Origin: Eledone cirrhosa | Lineage: Eukaryota | DNA length: 64,000 bases | Reading direction: 5' to 3' | Assembly: GCA_964016885.1 (NCBI GenBank) | Contig: OZ024745.1 | Coordinates: forward strand, 70,060,001 to 70,124,000 | Part shown: in pieces, positions 32,793 through 47,400 of the stretch | How positions within the stretch are numbered: position 1 is the first letter of the stretch | Layout of the letters: every line of letters starts with the position of its first letter | The notes under the pieces: model-generated | Seen by the model: only the letters and a program-made list of their open reading frames with translations | Database searches by the model: none | Told to the model about the DNA's origin: nothing | Made by a program: the position numbers and the translations under genes

Positions 32793-32843
32793 AGATTCTA
32801 CAGGACTAGAACTGTTTCATTCTTTAGAAATCATCAGGAATCT
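32793..32843 (-). ncRNA. Type I hammerhead candidate in a PLE-like fragment (about 32560-33125)
   Basis: agattc-CTGATGA-tttctaaagaat-GAAAC-agttcta-GTC-ctgta-gaatct. Confidence 0.6.
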
Positions 32844-33165
32844 GGGTATCAAAAAATAAGTATGGTATATATAGGTCTCTACAAGTGGTAGGAGAGGGTG
32901 GGGAGTGGGATGGGTGTAGGTCATTGGTTGATAGAATTCATTAAAAGCTAATTCTACAAAGCTATAGTTTATTTTTATTTTTAGAGTAACAAAGGCAGAA
33001 AGAATTCTATAGACAGGTTCAGGATGGCATGCCAATCCTTATTATTAAGTTTCTCTTGCTAACAGGTGTCTATAAAACCAGTGAGGGGCCAGTCATGGTA
33101 GATAGATTTAAAGGGAAGGGAGATTATTTAAAAGCTAAATTCTTTACTATATATATATATATATA

Positions 33166-33252
<87 letters not shown>

Positions 33253-33569
33253 TGGTGTGTGTGTGTGTATGGAGATGTATATGTATATATATGTGCAACT
33301 GTGCATATGTTTGTGTGTGCGTATTTGTGTGTGTATATGTGCGTGTATACGCATATATATATGTGTATATGATGTGTATTTGTGTATATGTTTGTGTGTG
33401 TGTATTTGTGTGTGTATATGTGTGTGTTTTGTATGTGTGTGTGTTCACTCAGAGTTTCGAAATTGAAAGAAATTAAATGAACTCACGTAGTATGAAGGAC
33501 AGTTTTAATACTTTCTCTTTTGCAATCACACCATTCAAAGAAATCTTAATTGGTTTAATGTTATTATCT

Positions 33570-34130
33570 TTCCATTCTGCACTCAATAGATAGCTATAAA
33601 TACTATCTTCATTAATTTATAACACGTTTGTCACTCAGATTCCTTTCAAACACAACACCTAGAACGTGTTTCTTATGTGTCATTTCTTCTTTTAAACTCA
33701 TCCTTTGTCAGCATAGTTCGTTCACAACGACCATATTTGAATTTCTTTAGAAAAGTAGGGAATGTACCTTGTTCACTTATATCAAACATTTTTCACAAAA
33801 CATTAGTGAATCCTTCAACTATGTCTAAATATGTACGAACAACTTCGGCAATATATAGTGCATGCATGATATTTTCGCACATCATGAGTAGATCTAATAA
33901 GATAGAAACATGTTCGTTGAATTCACCGAGTTGTGATATAGACAAAATCTACTCCCACTACATTGTCCTAAATTGTTCCAAAAGATTTATCGTAACCAGG
34001 TCTAAAACTCTTCATTTTCCGGCTTTCTTCCAATTATCTGAACACCGCTGGAGTGAGTTTAAATCTTGACATTGTAGAGCGGCGTTTGATTGACGTCTTA
34101 GTCACCGGAATTATAAGGATTTTCCATTTT
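33570..34130 (-). mobile_element. Possible very old mariner transposase relic
   Basis: Weak similarity of SQLGEFNEHVSILLDLL to the WVPHEL...RVSIC.SLL region. Confidence 0.25.
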
Positions 34131-35149
34131 TTTTTGTTTTATCCGTTGCTTTTAAATCGTGCACCTGCATTTTATTCCTATATACTTATTACTTGTACTT
34201 ATGGCGGCGTTCACCCGAAATGTGTTGAGCCGGCTCCATTGAAGGAATTCACTGTGCAAGTTAATTTCAATAGAGTTTCTTTAAGGGATTGGTTTCAAAA
34301 GCGTTGCCCAGTCACATATATAGGCACTTTAGAATAGTGCATTCAAAGAATTGCATCGGTTAACACACCGAGCTCCCGCTGTCACACCCAACCCAATTTT
34401 GTGGAGCTAGTGCCGTGACGGAGACAATTGGGTAAGCATTTGGCCGGCAGCAGTGATAACCACAACCTATTCGAGCCATTTTCATGGCCAGCATGAGCTC
34501 ACTCCATTGCCCAGCTCAGGCATACCGATGCTAAGCACCAATTCCTATATAAAACTCTCAATATATATCTGTATAGTTGTCTCTATTTTAATCTACATAT
34601 ATGTCTTTCATTTACCAGTTGAACGTCTTCCGCAAAAATGTACATCCTGTCTAACAAGACAGTTTCATTCTAATACTATCCTCTATCCCTGCTGTGCCTT
34701 CCTTATTTTGTTTGCGTTTTCTCATCCTACCACTAACATGATATCGTCCGTCCTAATTTATTTTCATCCGTCAATAATTAGGACTCTGGACGTAATCTTG
34801 AAAGAGTGCGACATATTAGATAAAAATAAAGCTTACTGTCTTCATTTATGTTGTGGCATTCCAGAATGATTTAGCAGCACTATGGTTATCAAAGGTTTTT
34901 GATGCATGGCAGTCTTTTTGTTTAAACAATGTGCATCTGTAATCATATTAAACAATTGTAATATTTGAGTTGAATGTGACCTGCCTGGCTCCTGTTCCTC
35001 ATATATTTTTTATTGAAGGAATACATATATGGTTTTAATAAATTGGTATATTTCGGATGCCCATATTGTTTGCTCTTCAATTCTATTGAAAGCCATACAA
35101 GTGTACCTGGTGTCTAAACAAGCTGAACTGGCGTACATGACGGATAGAT

Positions 35150-36050
35150 CTTAATTATTTATGTACAACCCGGGCTATTCCTCTTGAGAAACAGTTTCGC
35201 TTCCACTAGTCTTGTCATCCTTATGCAGGAGGCGTTAGTGGACGTAACACTACCATTCCGTGCAATGTCCAACTTTATTGCAATGTAAATTTCGACAAGT
35301 GAAACTCCACATGAAGTTCAGAACCTTGAGCTCTAATCAACATCTAACCTCACACTGCCGGCGTACTTTTCACATATGACACCCAATCGCACCCTCATCG
35401 ACAATTTTCCCTGCACGTCGCTGTATCCCAAAGCTCAGCGGAAAGTCGAGCCAGCTCTGGCGGCTTATTTTGACGATGGTGCAACATTACCCCAGGTTAC
35501 TAACACAATTAGGATGCCATCGCATTCAATTTATCTGCTCAAAATTGAATGTTTCATAAACTAGCACCCATTTGCTTGCCACCGGTCTACCTCGCTTGCA
35601 AAAGAGCGTCACATTGTTCAACTTCACACCCCATCATTAGATGACACCTCACGTGATGATTAATGCACACGAATTGGAGCTACGTCCGCCTTGGTGCTCC
35701 TGTATGTGAGGCAGATAAATGACATTGTAGAATTCTGGTGGAATTTAGACTGCATCCACTATCTTGTTGACACAATGCACCTCGTTTCTCTGGCTCTGCC
35801 TTGAATGACGTCATAAGAAAGAGATATGACGCGGCTGGTTTTCCGATGGTGATAATTCCCTGTCGGAAACTACCGCAGCAAAAAGAGCCACCAAGAGTAT
35901 ATAACGCTCTTTCTGTTCGATGAGATTAGTCCGTAATACGAGACACAACATTCTGTGAAACCTTCTCCGGTTCACTGCGTAAAATGTGGTGAAATGGAAG
36001 ATATTAAAATATCGGATCTTGCCCGACAGCTTCCTTTTTGTGCCGGGTTC
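35150..36050 (+). mobile_element. Heavily decayed Gypsy-type integrase relic
   Basis: GC-richer block with ordered remnants FH*SCHP, LLQCKFRQVKLH, PAYFSHM..TLIDNFP, LLTQLGCHRIQ and ALVLLYVR. The order is collinear with Gypsy integrase motifs (LHSLSHPG, CLQCQRSK, RFSHVH..TCIDRFTRW, LLG..RIRTTAYHP, LPLVLLGIR). Confidence 0.5.
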
Positions 36051-38220
36051 CACCAAGACCATTTTCTCTCGCAAGACCGAGAGGAGTGCATCTTTCTTGA
36101 AAACGGAAGAGGAATGATTGGTGCAATGCTTGTTTTTCTCCGTGGCAATATTTTCACTATCCTTTCCATATATCGTAGCTGAAATAAACCACCCATTCAG
36201 AAATTTGCCACCTTGTACCCCATCTTTCATTGTATTTTCTCATTTTTATCTCTTCCAGCTTATTATTTTTTAATACTTTCATCATCGTATATTTCTGTTC
36301 AACAATAAATGATTTTTTCAGTATAATAGTTCTATCTTCAAGTAGACACATGTATGACTAGTTAATACAAAGTTTCCGATTAAAACGTTAACGTGTTTCT
36401 AAAATATGCTGTTGTTTTTTATTGCCTGAAAGCTGCACGCAAAGAAATGTTAAATTTAGATTACATCTCCTAAATTATCTTATGGCTTGTTCTTTGCTTT
36501 CAGTTCATTGATTATAAACTCATTCATGTATGGAATTATTTCTGCGTGTAGTTCATCGAACTAAATACAGAAGAAGGAATGAAATGCAAATTTAATTGAA
36601 ATAGTAAATCTCATTTTTAAAACGAGTATTTTCTTTACTAATTGCAGCGAGTAAGGGAACGAATGAAGTAATAGCTCTTGTGAACAGCATTATACTTAAC
36701 TTTGTAAAAATAAAAATTATAGCATCTGCCGAATTCGTTTCTGCTACACATTCTCGACGGTGCTAGGTGTACTGAGTCGTCTAACGCTCTCCTAATTACG
36801 CTGCGGTAGTGTAATGACGTAATTCTGCGAAATATCGTTTAAAACAGTAACTAAAACAGCGGGTGAAGACCAAATTTCAATACAATATTTATCGAATTCA
36901 CTTGCCAGTTAGAAGGTATTTGTATTCGCCAAACAGCTATATATATCAGTTATGCAAGAACTTTAAACTGGCTGGTGTTTTCCTGAAATTAGCGGGGGCC
37001 TACCTGAAAGTCTGAGCGCACATTTAATGCATCAGTTTGCTGTTCAAAATGTTTAATAGATGCCCGATGAGTTATTGCAGTAATGAGTTATAGTCAGTTG
37101 AATGTAGTAGTCGTGTGTGATGAATAAAAATTCAATATTTTATATTAACCCTAATATACTCAGTAACTATAATATTCTTTAGAACATTCGAGATTCTAAA
37201 CTTAATATCATCATAATCCTCAACATTTTTCATGTAATTTCGTGCTTACATGGGTTAGATCAGTCTCATCGCTTTTGTAGGTTCATCATCAAGAAATCCG
37301 CTAATCACCATTTCAAACCGAATTCTTCCTCGCCATACCTAACTGTCCAAATATCATCATCTATACATATTTCGTGTCTTACGCCTTACATCGGAGTCCT
37401 TTTATACACAGGTTATGCACACTGCCATTCCACGTAATAAACTAGAAAATATACAAGCAGTTTAAAAAATAATGTTAACATGTTTACTCATAAGAAATAT
37501 TATTTGTGTATTATTTTTAAAATATGAGGTCAATTTTCAAATGAAATATAAAGGTCTTGCAGAGTCCTATGGCGCTTGCATCCTCTTATCCATGATAGAT
37601 TAAGGAAATATGAGTAATATTTTGTGCTAAATGTTTTGAAAGTTAGTAGTGAACACATATTCAATATGGAAATGTGATTATTAGTCGATATTTAGCCCCG
37701 GTTTAAACCTGATCGAGTAAAGATAAGATCAAACACTTTTCAGTGGTGACTATAATGTTTGACGCCTAGCGAAATATAGTTAGGATGACTACATTGTACA
37801 ATGTATATATATTTTTAAGGTGATAGAGGTGTGTATATTTCGGTGATATTTCTAGCAGTACGATTTACCTCATGGTGGACATCTAGTTGGCTCATTGAAA
37901 AAACGTTTTATTGCTGTTGCTTTGCCTTTGCTTAGTGTAGCCTCAGACTTAACAGTGCAGTTTCTTTTCGGGCGTATATATAACTACACTCTACAAGCGG
38001 CACTTCCTATCTTTAAGACAAAGGGATTTCTGGATTCATTTAAGGATGAGTTTATACATCGAAATAACATATATTCATATATATAATCTTAAACAATTAG
38101 AACTCCAATCAATAGGTATAAACAATTGAAATGTTTTTAATCTGGGATTCTAGCTATTTAAATTAATTATCATATTGTGGAAATGTTTTCAAAATCTGCC
38201 TCAAACTCAATTTATGTATA

Positions 38221-38808
38221 TAATAATTGTTTCTACTTTTGGCACAAGGCCTGCAATTATCCCAGTACATTACTGGTACTTTATGTTATCGACCCCGTAA
38301 GGATGAAAGGCAAAGTTAGCCTCGGGGGAATTTGAACTCAGAACGTAAAGTGCCATAACCCTGTGCTGCAAAGCATGGTGTCTGACGCTCCACCGATACT
38401 GCCAAACCACCGCCCTTTGTTTATGTATATAATAATTGTTTCTACTTTTGGCACAAGGCCAGCAATAACCCAGTACATTACTGGTACTTTATTTTATCGA
38501 CCCCGTCAGGATGAAAGGCAAAGTCAACCTCGGCGGGATTTGAACTCAGATCATAAAGGGAGGTAACTCTATGTTTCAAAGCATGGCGCCCGACCCTCTA
38601 CCGATACTGCCAAGCCACATAATAATTGTGTCTACTTTAGGCACAAGGCCAGCAATTACTCAGTGCATTACTGGTACTTTATTTTATCGACCCCGTAAGG
38701 ATGAAAGGCAAAGTTAACCTCGGCGGGATTTGAACTCAGATTGTAAAGGGACGTAACTATGATGGAAAGCATGTCCGACCCTCTACCGATACTGCCAATT
38801 CACCGCCA
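38221..38808 (-). mobile_element. Three head-to-tail Meta-domain tRNA SINEs
   Basis: Units at about 38221-38414, 38430-38617 and 38620-38808. Each has an A box (TGGCAGTATCGG), a B box (GAGTTCAAAT), the Meta-like core and an ATT tail on the minus strand. Confidence 0.9.
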
Positions 38809-41325
38809 ATCCACATAATAATGATAGATAGTCGTGTTTCCATTTGTTTATGCAAAGGCAATGAATTGCAACGTTATAAATGTGTTCTTCAAATTTAATC
38901 ACACGTTGTTTGGTGGCGGAATTGTTATAAACAGAAGAGATACGGTATCTAATCCGGGTAGAAACTGTGATCGGCAAATAATATCTGCTATGTAAAGAAA
39001 AATTAAAATAATAATTACTTGGTTTGTTCTTACAAGGGACTCATTTGCTTTTATGTCGCGTTCCTTCATTTTGATTTCTATGCACAGAATTAGTTGTAAC
39101 GGAAACAGATTGAAATCAGCGGAAAGTAAATTTTAATTTGGTCGATGTTTCCATTCTTTCAGACTTAGTGTTTTGTTCTTTTTCGTGCGCGTGTATATGT
39201 TTATAAATATACCTATCATGTACATAAAACAACACTAGAAAAGCAGAAAAAAATAGTAGGCATGGAATTTAATTAAAGTGCGCCTGTACACGAAGTAAAT
39301 TAATATATCCCCGAGATATTTACTTGGATAATCATGTTGTACAATCGAGCTTCGCCTGAAATGTTGCCTTCTTCGTGTTATTAAGATTGTTTATATCATT
39401 AATTGAATTTCCAATGCCACTATATGTTATGTAACAACATAATGAACTGTATGCATTTCTGCATAACACCCAACCTTTCAACGTCATGTATATATATATA
39501 TATATATATATGCATATATATATATATATGTGTGTGTGTGTATGTATGTATAACCGTGAGTGTATGTATGTTTGTATACATGTATACATTTCATTAATTG
39601 CAGCTCATTCCGACTTTAATTACTGCAATTCTTTCAGACAACGTTGTTAAATAATTTCCCAATTAGAAGTTACATCGCTTTAGATTGTTTTTAAATTCTA
39701 AATATTTGCAAACATGCACAAATATTTGGGGCTTGTATCACTATTAGATAAGAATCGATACTATTATATGGAAGATTTTTCTATATTGTATCTACATAAA
39801 TGTGTGGGTATGATCAGTGACTATAACTTGGTATCATGTAACTATATAAAGTATCAAAATTACTTATATATTTCCGCAAATCGAATCCGAATAGTTGGAA
39901 TTCTTCCCCATTCACTGGTAACTTGATAATCTCAGATAAAATAAATCCTTCATTTTGCGTCTCACTTAGAATTGAATTCGATTCCCGTCGAGACCAAATA
40001 CTCTGTCAGATGTTGCCACAGGCAGATAGGATCAGGGACGGAAAGACCATTAAAAACAATGTTATACCTGGTCTGACCTGATGATCATATATTGAGGAAA
40101 AGAATAAACGGGTGACGACATGACTGTGCAATTAAGAAATTAGCGTTGCAGCATCGTGACTCCTAGTCTTGTACTATAGCCTTGATTTGACAAATACATT
40201 TGGAGGATTAGATCTGTGTCATCCGTTTGAAATCACCAGGATGTCATGATGATTTCAAGTAAAGGAAACAGTTCTTGACATGTACAAAGCATTGCTATAT
40301 GAAATATAAGGATATATGTGCCTGTGTGAGTTCACGTTTTCTATTTATTTGTCCCGTGATGTAACGTTTTGACAAAGGAGATTGATAATATAATTAGCAA
40401 TCTAGAATTGGGATTCATATGAAAAACTAAATACATTCAAAGCATTGCCTAAGTAGAGCCGAAATCTATTGACTGAAACATGTTAGAAAAAAGGAAAGAG
40501 AAAAGAAAAAAAATCTGAAAAATAAACATATATTTTGTTAGAGACTGTTTGAGAAGAAATGCCATATATCACGTCACTTAGCCTATGAGCAATGGTAATA
40601 TATCACATTCCCGTTAGTGTATTCACAATGGCAAGACTGTTTTATAGATAAATGAGTAACGTCACGCACGAAGCCAAGTTATGTATGTCACTGATCCAAG
40701 CAAAGAGATTGAAAGCATGTAAATATCCTGAGCAGCAAATTAGAAGGTCGGAGAGAATGCTTCGATGTATTTGTTCTAGCTCTCTACGCTGGGGGTTCAG
40801 ATCATTTAAGGCCAAATTTGCTTTTTATTCTTTTGAGATCGATAAGGTACCATTCATGTATTATGGCCATTTCCCCCTCCTCTTCTTTCTTACTCTCTCT
40901 CCTTTTCTGGAAGAAATCGGCTGTGATAAGACCTCGAGTGAGATGGGTTCAGCCAGGTTTAGATTTCCAAATATATACCATATAACACTACGAGGCCGCA
41001 GTTATTCTATGAGATTTGAGCCTGCGAGATGCCGTGGCAAACATCACTATGATATATATATATAACTACAGATGTTAAGTTATAAACATTCTCACAACTA
41101 TTGAACATAACTAATCTATCAACTTTCACAATTAATTGGAACAAAATCGTCGAGTTAGTATCCTATCATATCTCATTTTGAACAGCTTCTGAGTTCTTGA
41201 TTTTATTGATACACGTATTATACATTTCTCTGAACCACGGATTTTGTTTTGTATTCCTTTTTTCTATCCAATTTCTCTTTTATTATCTCGTGATGTTACT
41301 CAATGAATTAATATGTGTATATTCC

Positions 41326-41376
<51 letters not shown>

Positions 41377-43886
41377 ATCCCAGTGTTTACTACGATCCTA
41401 CTTTACTTGCGATCGTTTTAAAACAACAAATATCTGGTAAAATTATATATTTAGTTCTACTGTTTATTTCTCAAGATAAAATAATATTTGCTTGTATAAC
41501 ATTACATTTCTATCGAGCAAGTGTAGTTCCAATAATTCATCTTCTATTATTTAATCTGAAACATATATTTCGAAAACAATGTTATGTTTAAATGGAAATG
41601 GAAAGTATTGCTAGGGGAAGTTGACATGTGTCTCTATGAAATCAAAAGCAATAATTTAAGTGTTAAGCCGCCAGTAAATTGCCCGTATCTTACTTGTATC
41701 CCATTGTGCAAGTGTAGTACAATGGTTCTGTTTTATATTGATGACATAGAAATATAATTATCGGAGTGAAGACGAAGAAAATCTATATTTTTCATATAAA
41801 TCATACTTACTGTTTTGATACTGTTATGGCACAAGTTATAAAAGTGAAGCACAACACTCTCCTTCCCTGAAATTAATAAATCCTTGGTTTTACACTTATT
41901 TGTATGTCGATCTTCATTTCGGTATCAATGATTGGAAAAATATTAAATATATATTGAACAATGTAAAGACCTAGCTAAAGTAACATTTTAATATGTTAGT
42001 CTTACGTCGAAGAAAAATATCCACGGCTTATGCGAGACCATCCAGGGATTATATGATATGCGTGCACGCGTCTCTAAAATGCTCAGCCACTAGCACGTCA
42101 ATTTCAAGGGCAGGCTTTTTTGAAGACCCAATAGTCGCACAAAAATGAAATGTACATACTTGTTTCCTTGTAAATCTGGTAAAACACTACTGTGTACATT
42201 TATTTAAAAGGAAAGATAGAAAAAAGATTTATTTCAAGCTTTGTCAGATTCAGAAATCAATTTAATTTTGGTAGGAGAAATAGTTTGATTTATTGAATGA
42301 TTATCTGTTCATTTACTTTGATACACGAGGCCGATTTACGCTATTTCTACTTCGTACGTGAAATATTATATGAAGAGAGAAAAGACGAAATGGAAAGGAA
42401 ACGAAATTGTCATTTTGGAATGTTATGTTACTTAAGGAGGTCGCCACATGCATTTGACGGGAAGAAAAAATTAAATCTACATGATATTTAGTTTCAGGAT
42501 TGATATCCTTTTCTTTGGTACACAGATTACAAAAGTGTCTTATTGTGTGAAAGCTGGCTCTACTTCCAAGTGTTTTCTTTCAATATTTTATCTGTCAAAA
42601 CAGATACTAGCAGTGTTTTGGCCAGTGTTCCTCGCAATCTTCTGAATGTGTAATTATGTTGGTTGTAATTATCCTAAAATTGATTACTTTTCATGTCGGT
42701 TAATCAATGCCGTTTGAGATCCTTTTAGTTATTGTAGACACTGAATTTTATAGACATTGCTGTTCACTGGGCACACACTTTAAGGGTTGCAATAACATTT
42801 CAATCTTTTGTTTACAGTTTGTTTCTTGTTTTTTTTTTCTGGTGGCTACACATACGCTACATTTTCTTACAAATATTGGATGTTAGTTTGTCAGCAAAGA
42901 ATACTAGTGTTGAGTAGATAATTTAAAGGAAATGTTACAATTATTCTGTATTTATAACCGACTAAAAATGGTGTTCGTACAAAATGATGCAATTGTTTAC
43001 TAGGTTATTCCATTTATTGAAAATGCCAGGTTTCCTCATGTTTTCTTCTGTTGGATTGTTTACATATTATGAATTTAATGGATTATTCGAATCTACTGAA
43101 TACCAGTTTATATATTCACTACTCTGTTCGACTATGCTTCATCATAAGATATTTCCGTGACAGTCTGGCTCAAAATAATGTGTAGATTTCTCACCTCAAA
43201 CTGTGTGTGGTTTGAATTACTGATTGTTTATGAGTTGAAGTTGTAAATTATTTATTAATTCTAACGAAGTAAAAGAGATAAAGATCGAAATCGAGGTGAG
43301 GCTTTTGAACTGAACGTAGAAGGTATAAAATAAATACGGCAACTTTGTTAGTGGCAACGCACACTTTGAATCCCGCCGAGGTTGCCTTGATATTTAACAC
43401 GATAATCATAAATAACATACTGAGTTCCTTTCATGCCTCTTTCCCTTTCTTCATCTCTTTTTCTATCACCATTTCTCTTCCTGTTTCTCTCTCACACACT
43501 CTATCTATCTATCTATCTATCTATCCATATATCTATCTCACGATATCTCTCTCCTTTCTTTACAGGAACAAAAATGGCATGGGAATGGGAAAAATAACGT
43601 TCATACAAATATTAAAATATTATAAATGTTATGTTAATAGTAGTAGCTGTAATATCAGAATTCACGACACTGAACACGTTGTTTAGCTACATATTTATTT
43701 ATCTGTAAATTCATAGACATTACAAAACTAAACATTGCCATTACAGATAATGGTGTAAAGATAATATGACTAAGTTAACAATATGTGATTATTTCATTGG
43801 CATGTAAGATAAAACATTCGAATATAAAAGAAAGGACAGGGCAAAAATGATGCCATTTTTGGTATCAATAATGCATATAGACTTAC

Positions 43887-43892
43887 CAGAAT
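43887..43892 (-). other. Candidate 6-nt microexon (ATTCTG)
   Basis: Minus strand reads ctgac...tttttcattttgttcccttAG|ATTCTG|GTAAGT. Confidence 0.4.
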
Positions 43893-44442
43893 CTAAGGGA
43901 ACAAAATGAAAAATGTTATCGGGACTTAAATGTCAGATCCCAATAACATATACACACACATATATATAGAGAGAGGCGCGTATTAATTTATTTAGATTCA
44001 GTTTATTTGTGAGGTATTTTAAGTTATGAAATAGATCGACGAAAGGAAACCAGTTAACATTGTCACGCTCCGTAAGCACGTGATTTGTTAGGCATGGCTA
44101 TTTTAATTTTTCCAAATTCGTAAACTCGTGGTCATGATCATTGATAATCAAAGAAAGAGAAAAATAATGGAAGAAAAAAGAGAAGAACAAATGTTAAAAT
44201 AAATATGTAATGAACAGACGGTAAACAAATATATACGTTTGCGGCTAGGCTCGTGCTTGCGTAGGCGAGAATTAATGTATGTTGACATGATGAAAGAAGA
44301 AAATCACTTTTCAAAGCATACGTGTTGCTATCTTTCTACGAGAAATGAATAGAAATGTTATTCGTCTTGCGAATGTATATTCAATCACACACAAGTATAC
44401 ACGTACACAAATTCATATACATATATATATATATACATATAT

Positions 44443-44561
44443 GAAGGCACGTGGCTGAGAGGTTAGAGAATTGGATTCGCAATCGTGAGCTTGTGAGTTC
44501 GATTCCCGGACTGGGTGAGGCGTTATGTCCTTGAGCAAGACACTTTATTTCACGTTGCTCC
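44443..44561 (+). mobile_element. tRNA-derived SINE
   Basis: A box TGGCTGAGAGG and B box GAGTTCGATTCC, followed by tgtccttgagcaagacacttta. There is no complete cloverleaf. Confidence 0.8.
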
Positions 44562-45841
44562 TTCTACCTAGAGCTTTGAACGATATATAGTATCATCAAT
44601 TGGAAAAAACCAATGGAAACATTGTTTCCTCGGTCCGATTTGACGAAAGTCGATCGTTCCTTTATATATATATATATATATAAAGCATTCTGTACAAATC
44701 ACGTTACCTAGGAAATAAGTAATACGAGTTGAAGATGCTCTTAATATTTTTTCGAATATAAATATATACGGAAATTTACAGTAAACATGAAAGTAAATTA
44801 GTTCACACAAAATAAATTACATGTTTTTTATTTGTTTGTATGCATAAGTAGAACGTGTCATGGTTATCTTATTTGCGTTCGTAGCCTTTCAAATACAATT
44901 TACAAGGCTATATTAAATGTGTTTTAAATCATAAACAAATAAATTTCAAATTATTATACAGATATTTAAAACCGGAAAATGAAGAGAAGGGCAAGGGTCC
45001 TAGGGTCACAGAAGAATGGGAGGGTGAAGAGAGATGGTGGTGGCGTCTAAGGCTAGGGAGCGGTGTTGTCAGGGCTGCACCCCACATAAGCATTTCCCCG
45101 GACAATGGCCAGCGACAACCGCTGCAACCCTACTTCGCTATATGTGTGCTCCGTTATGTATATTTTAACACGTGTTTTTACGTGCGACTTACATCCTTTC
45201 TTTGGCAAGATGAGCAACTGGTTATATGGTTGCTGTCACTTATGTTGTCGTGAGAATTGACGCCATTCACATTTCAGTATAAACTGGCGTCTGTGTGAGC
45301 TGAAACACAACGACTTTAATTTGGGGTTAAATCTGTTTACAAAATAAAATCCTTTACGGATACGTTATTGAAACACAGAATCAATAGAATGTGAAAACAT
45401 CGAATGTTGGCAAGGTTCCACTGCCGCAAGTCTATATGTTTACTAAAGTGGATTTTTCATGTGTACAGTTCCGTAATGTTGTGAAATCGTTCAGTTCAAA
45501 AACAAAGGAAATAGCGATGATTCTTTCTACAAACTCCCTATCAAATAGCATATAATGAATTTAAAAGAGAATTTGTAGAGGTGTTGTGCTGCAGCATCAT
45601 GTCTTCTATACCGCAATGAGCAGCCTGCAATTGCTGCCATATCTAGGCCATGAAACGTAAGGTTGCGCAATAAATGTTAGGTGTATTAATCACAATAAAT
45701 TAGCTCTCTTGCACTGGATGAAGTGTTTTTCCTTTCACCTGCCTAAGGATGTTTTCGTTTCACACATACATAAAAACGCCGTACACGTATAGACACACGC
45801 ACACAGAGAGAGAGAGAGACACACACACACACACAGACATA

Positions 45842-45922
<81 letters not shown>

Positions 45923-46636
45923 AGAGAGAGAGAGAAATAGATAGATGGATAGATATATGTGTGTGTCTGTCTGTGTGTGTGGTGTATACGACATATTTAT
46001 ATTTATCCATATCAATAACAGGGTCTCTACGCTCAACTGTATAAAAGTATTTATTTTGTTCTATGTGATCTATTGTCTATGTGAGTGAATGCGTTTGCTT
46101 ATTTACTTATATCGTATCCTGTATGTGATCAATGAGTATAATTAACCGCTTAAATCAGATATCTCCACTCATTGTCATATATCTGATTATTCGACCGTAG
46201 AAGGAGATATGCTTCGATGACTACAAACAAACAACCTTGCTTTTCAATATACACTTACTTGGATGCGTAGAAGATAGACTTCATATGCGGTTGTTTATAT
46301 ATTTCAATATATCCGCGTATGAGTACAGACTATATACAATCATACCGGCACGTGTAGAAACGCACACACACATACAAAGACATACATACCCCCTCTCTCT
46401 CTATAGATATATATGTATGTATATATAGGTCAGTTGTCTAAGCTGATTAGTTTCTTCGTTGTTTTTGGTATTGTGTGGCTAGGTCTGCCTGCCGCAATTT
46501 TCAATTTGTCAAGCTGTCTAAACCTATGTTATTACTCTAAGACCCGACCTTATTGAGTGCTTTGCTGCTCACTCCTAAGTGTAGCTCGTTTTGCTTGGCC
46601 ACAGCGAAAGCTTCGATTTTACTAAGCTTCCACCTG

Positions 46637-46670
<34 letters not shown>

Positions 46671-47159
46671 CATATATATATATCAAGTAAGAATATTTTC
46701 GAAACACCGAGTTGGTTTGAAATTATTAGAAATGTAAGTTATCGCCGTATTTTGACTAAAGAAATTAAAGAAATTTATTTAGTCTGATAGTGGGGTTAAG
46801 AACCCTCGGAGAAATGGAAAAAGATGAGTATTGACGTACATGGGAGTCTAACCCACATGGATAACCAAAGATGTGGGTTCGACTCACGTTTTTGGAGATG
46901 TGTGTGTGTGTGGGGGGGGGGGGGGGGCTTAATACACAAACCATTAGAATGCACCGTAAACCCCGATTTTAAATATTAAAGTCAGCTTGGTGCAAGTAAT
47001 TTGAATTGGAAAGTTATACATACAGCTATTAAATTTTAAAAGATCCTCATTTTACGTCCACCTTTGTGTTGGACGGGTGGTCACAGTCAAATATATAATT
47101 ATAACCTCAGTAACTATGTGAGAACGCCAAATGCTCGTTCTTTTAATGGCAGAACAGAT

Positions 47160-47400
47160 CTGCTAACCAACACAAATACACCTTTTCTAGAATAACAAAT
47201 AGAGGCTTATTCTTGGCTAGGAATTTCTCTTGTAGTTGTTTCACTAAGAAGAATGCATCTGTAGTACTTTTCCCAAGTATGAAACCAAACTGCTTCTCAT
47301 CGAATTTGACCCTTTGCCTAATTAGCTGTGCTGTAACTCTTTCTGTTACACTCACACAGAAAGAAGGCCACAACTATCTGATGTCACTTACGTGGAAACA
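47160..47400 (-). mobile_element. RTE-type LINE RT fragment
   Basis: VTERVTAQLIRQRVKFDEKQFGFILGKSTTDAFFLVKQLQEKFLAKNKPLFVILEKVY matches RT domains 2-3 (QFGF.PG.STTDA..DLEKAY). Confidence 0.9.

Noticed and set aside
35811-36230. 139-aa minus-strand ORF as a gene
   Set aside because: It has no recognisable motif and overlaps the plus-strand Gypsy relic.
38221-38808. CRISPR-like or tRNA gene array
   Set aside because: The context is eukaryotic and the units are whole SINEs without unique spacers or cloverleaves.
44443-44515. tRNA gene
   Set aside because: A and B boxes are present, but there is no acceptor stem and the sequence runs into a SINE body.
45050-45132. GC-rich imperfect hairpin as an ncRNA
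   Set aside because: The pairing is imperfect and there is no family motif; it may be a MITE remnant.
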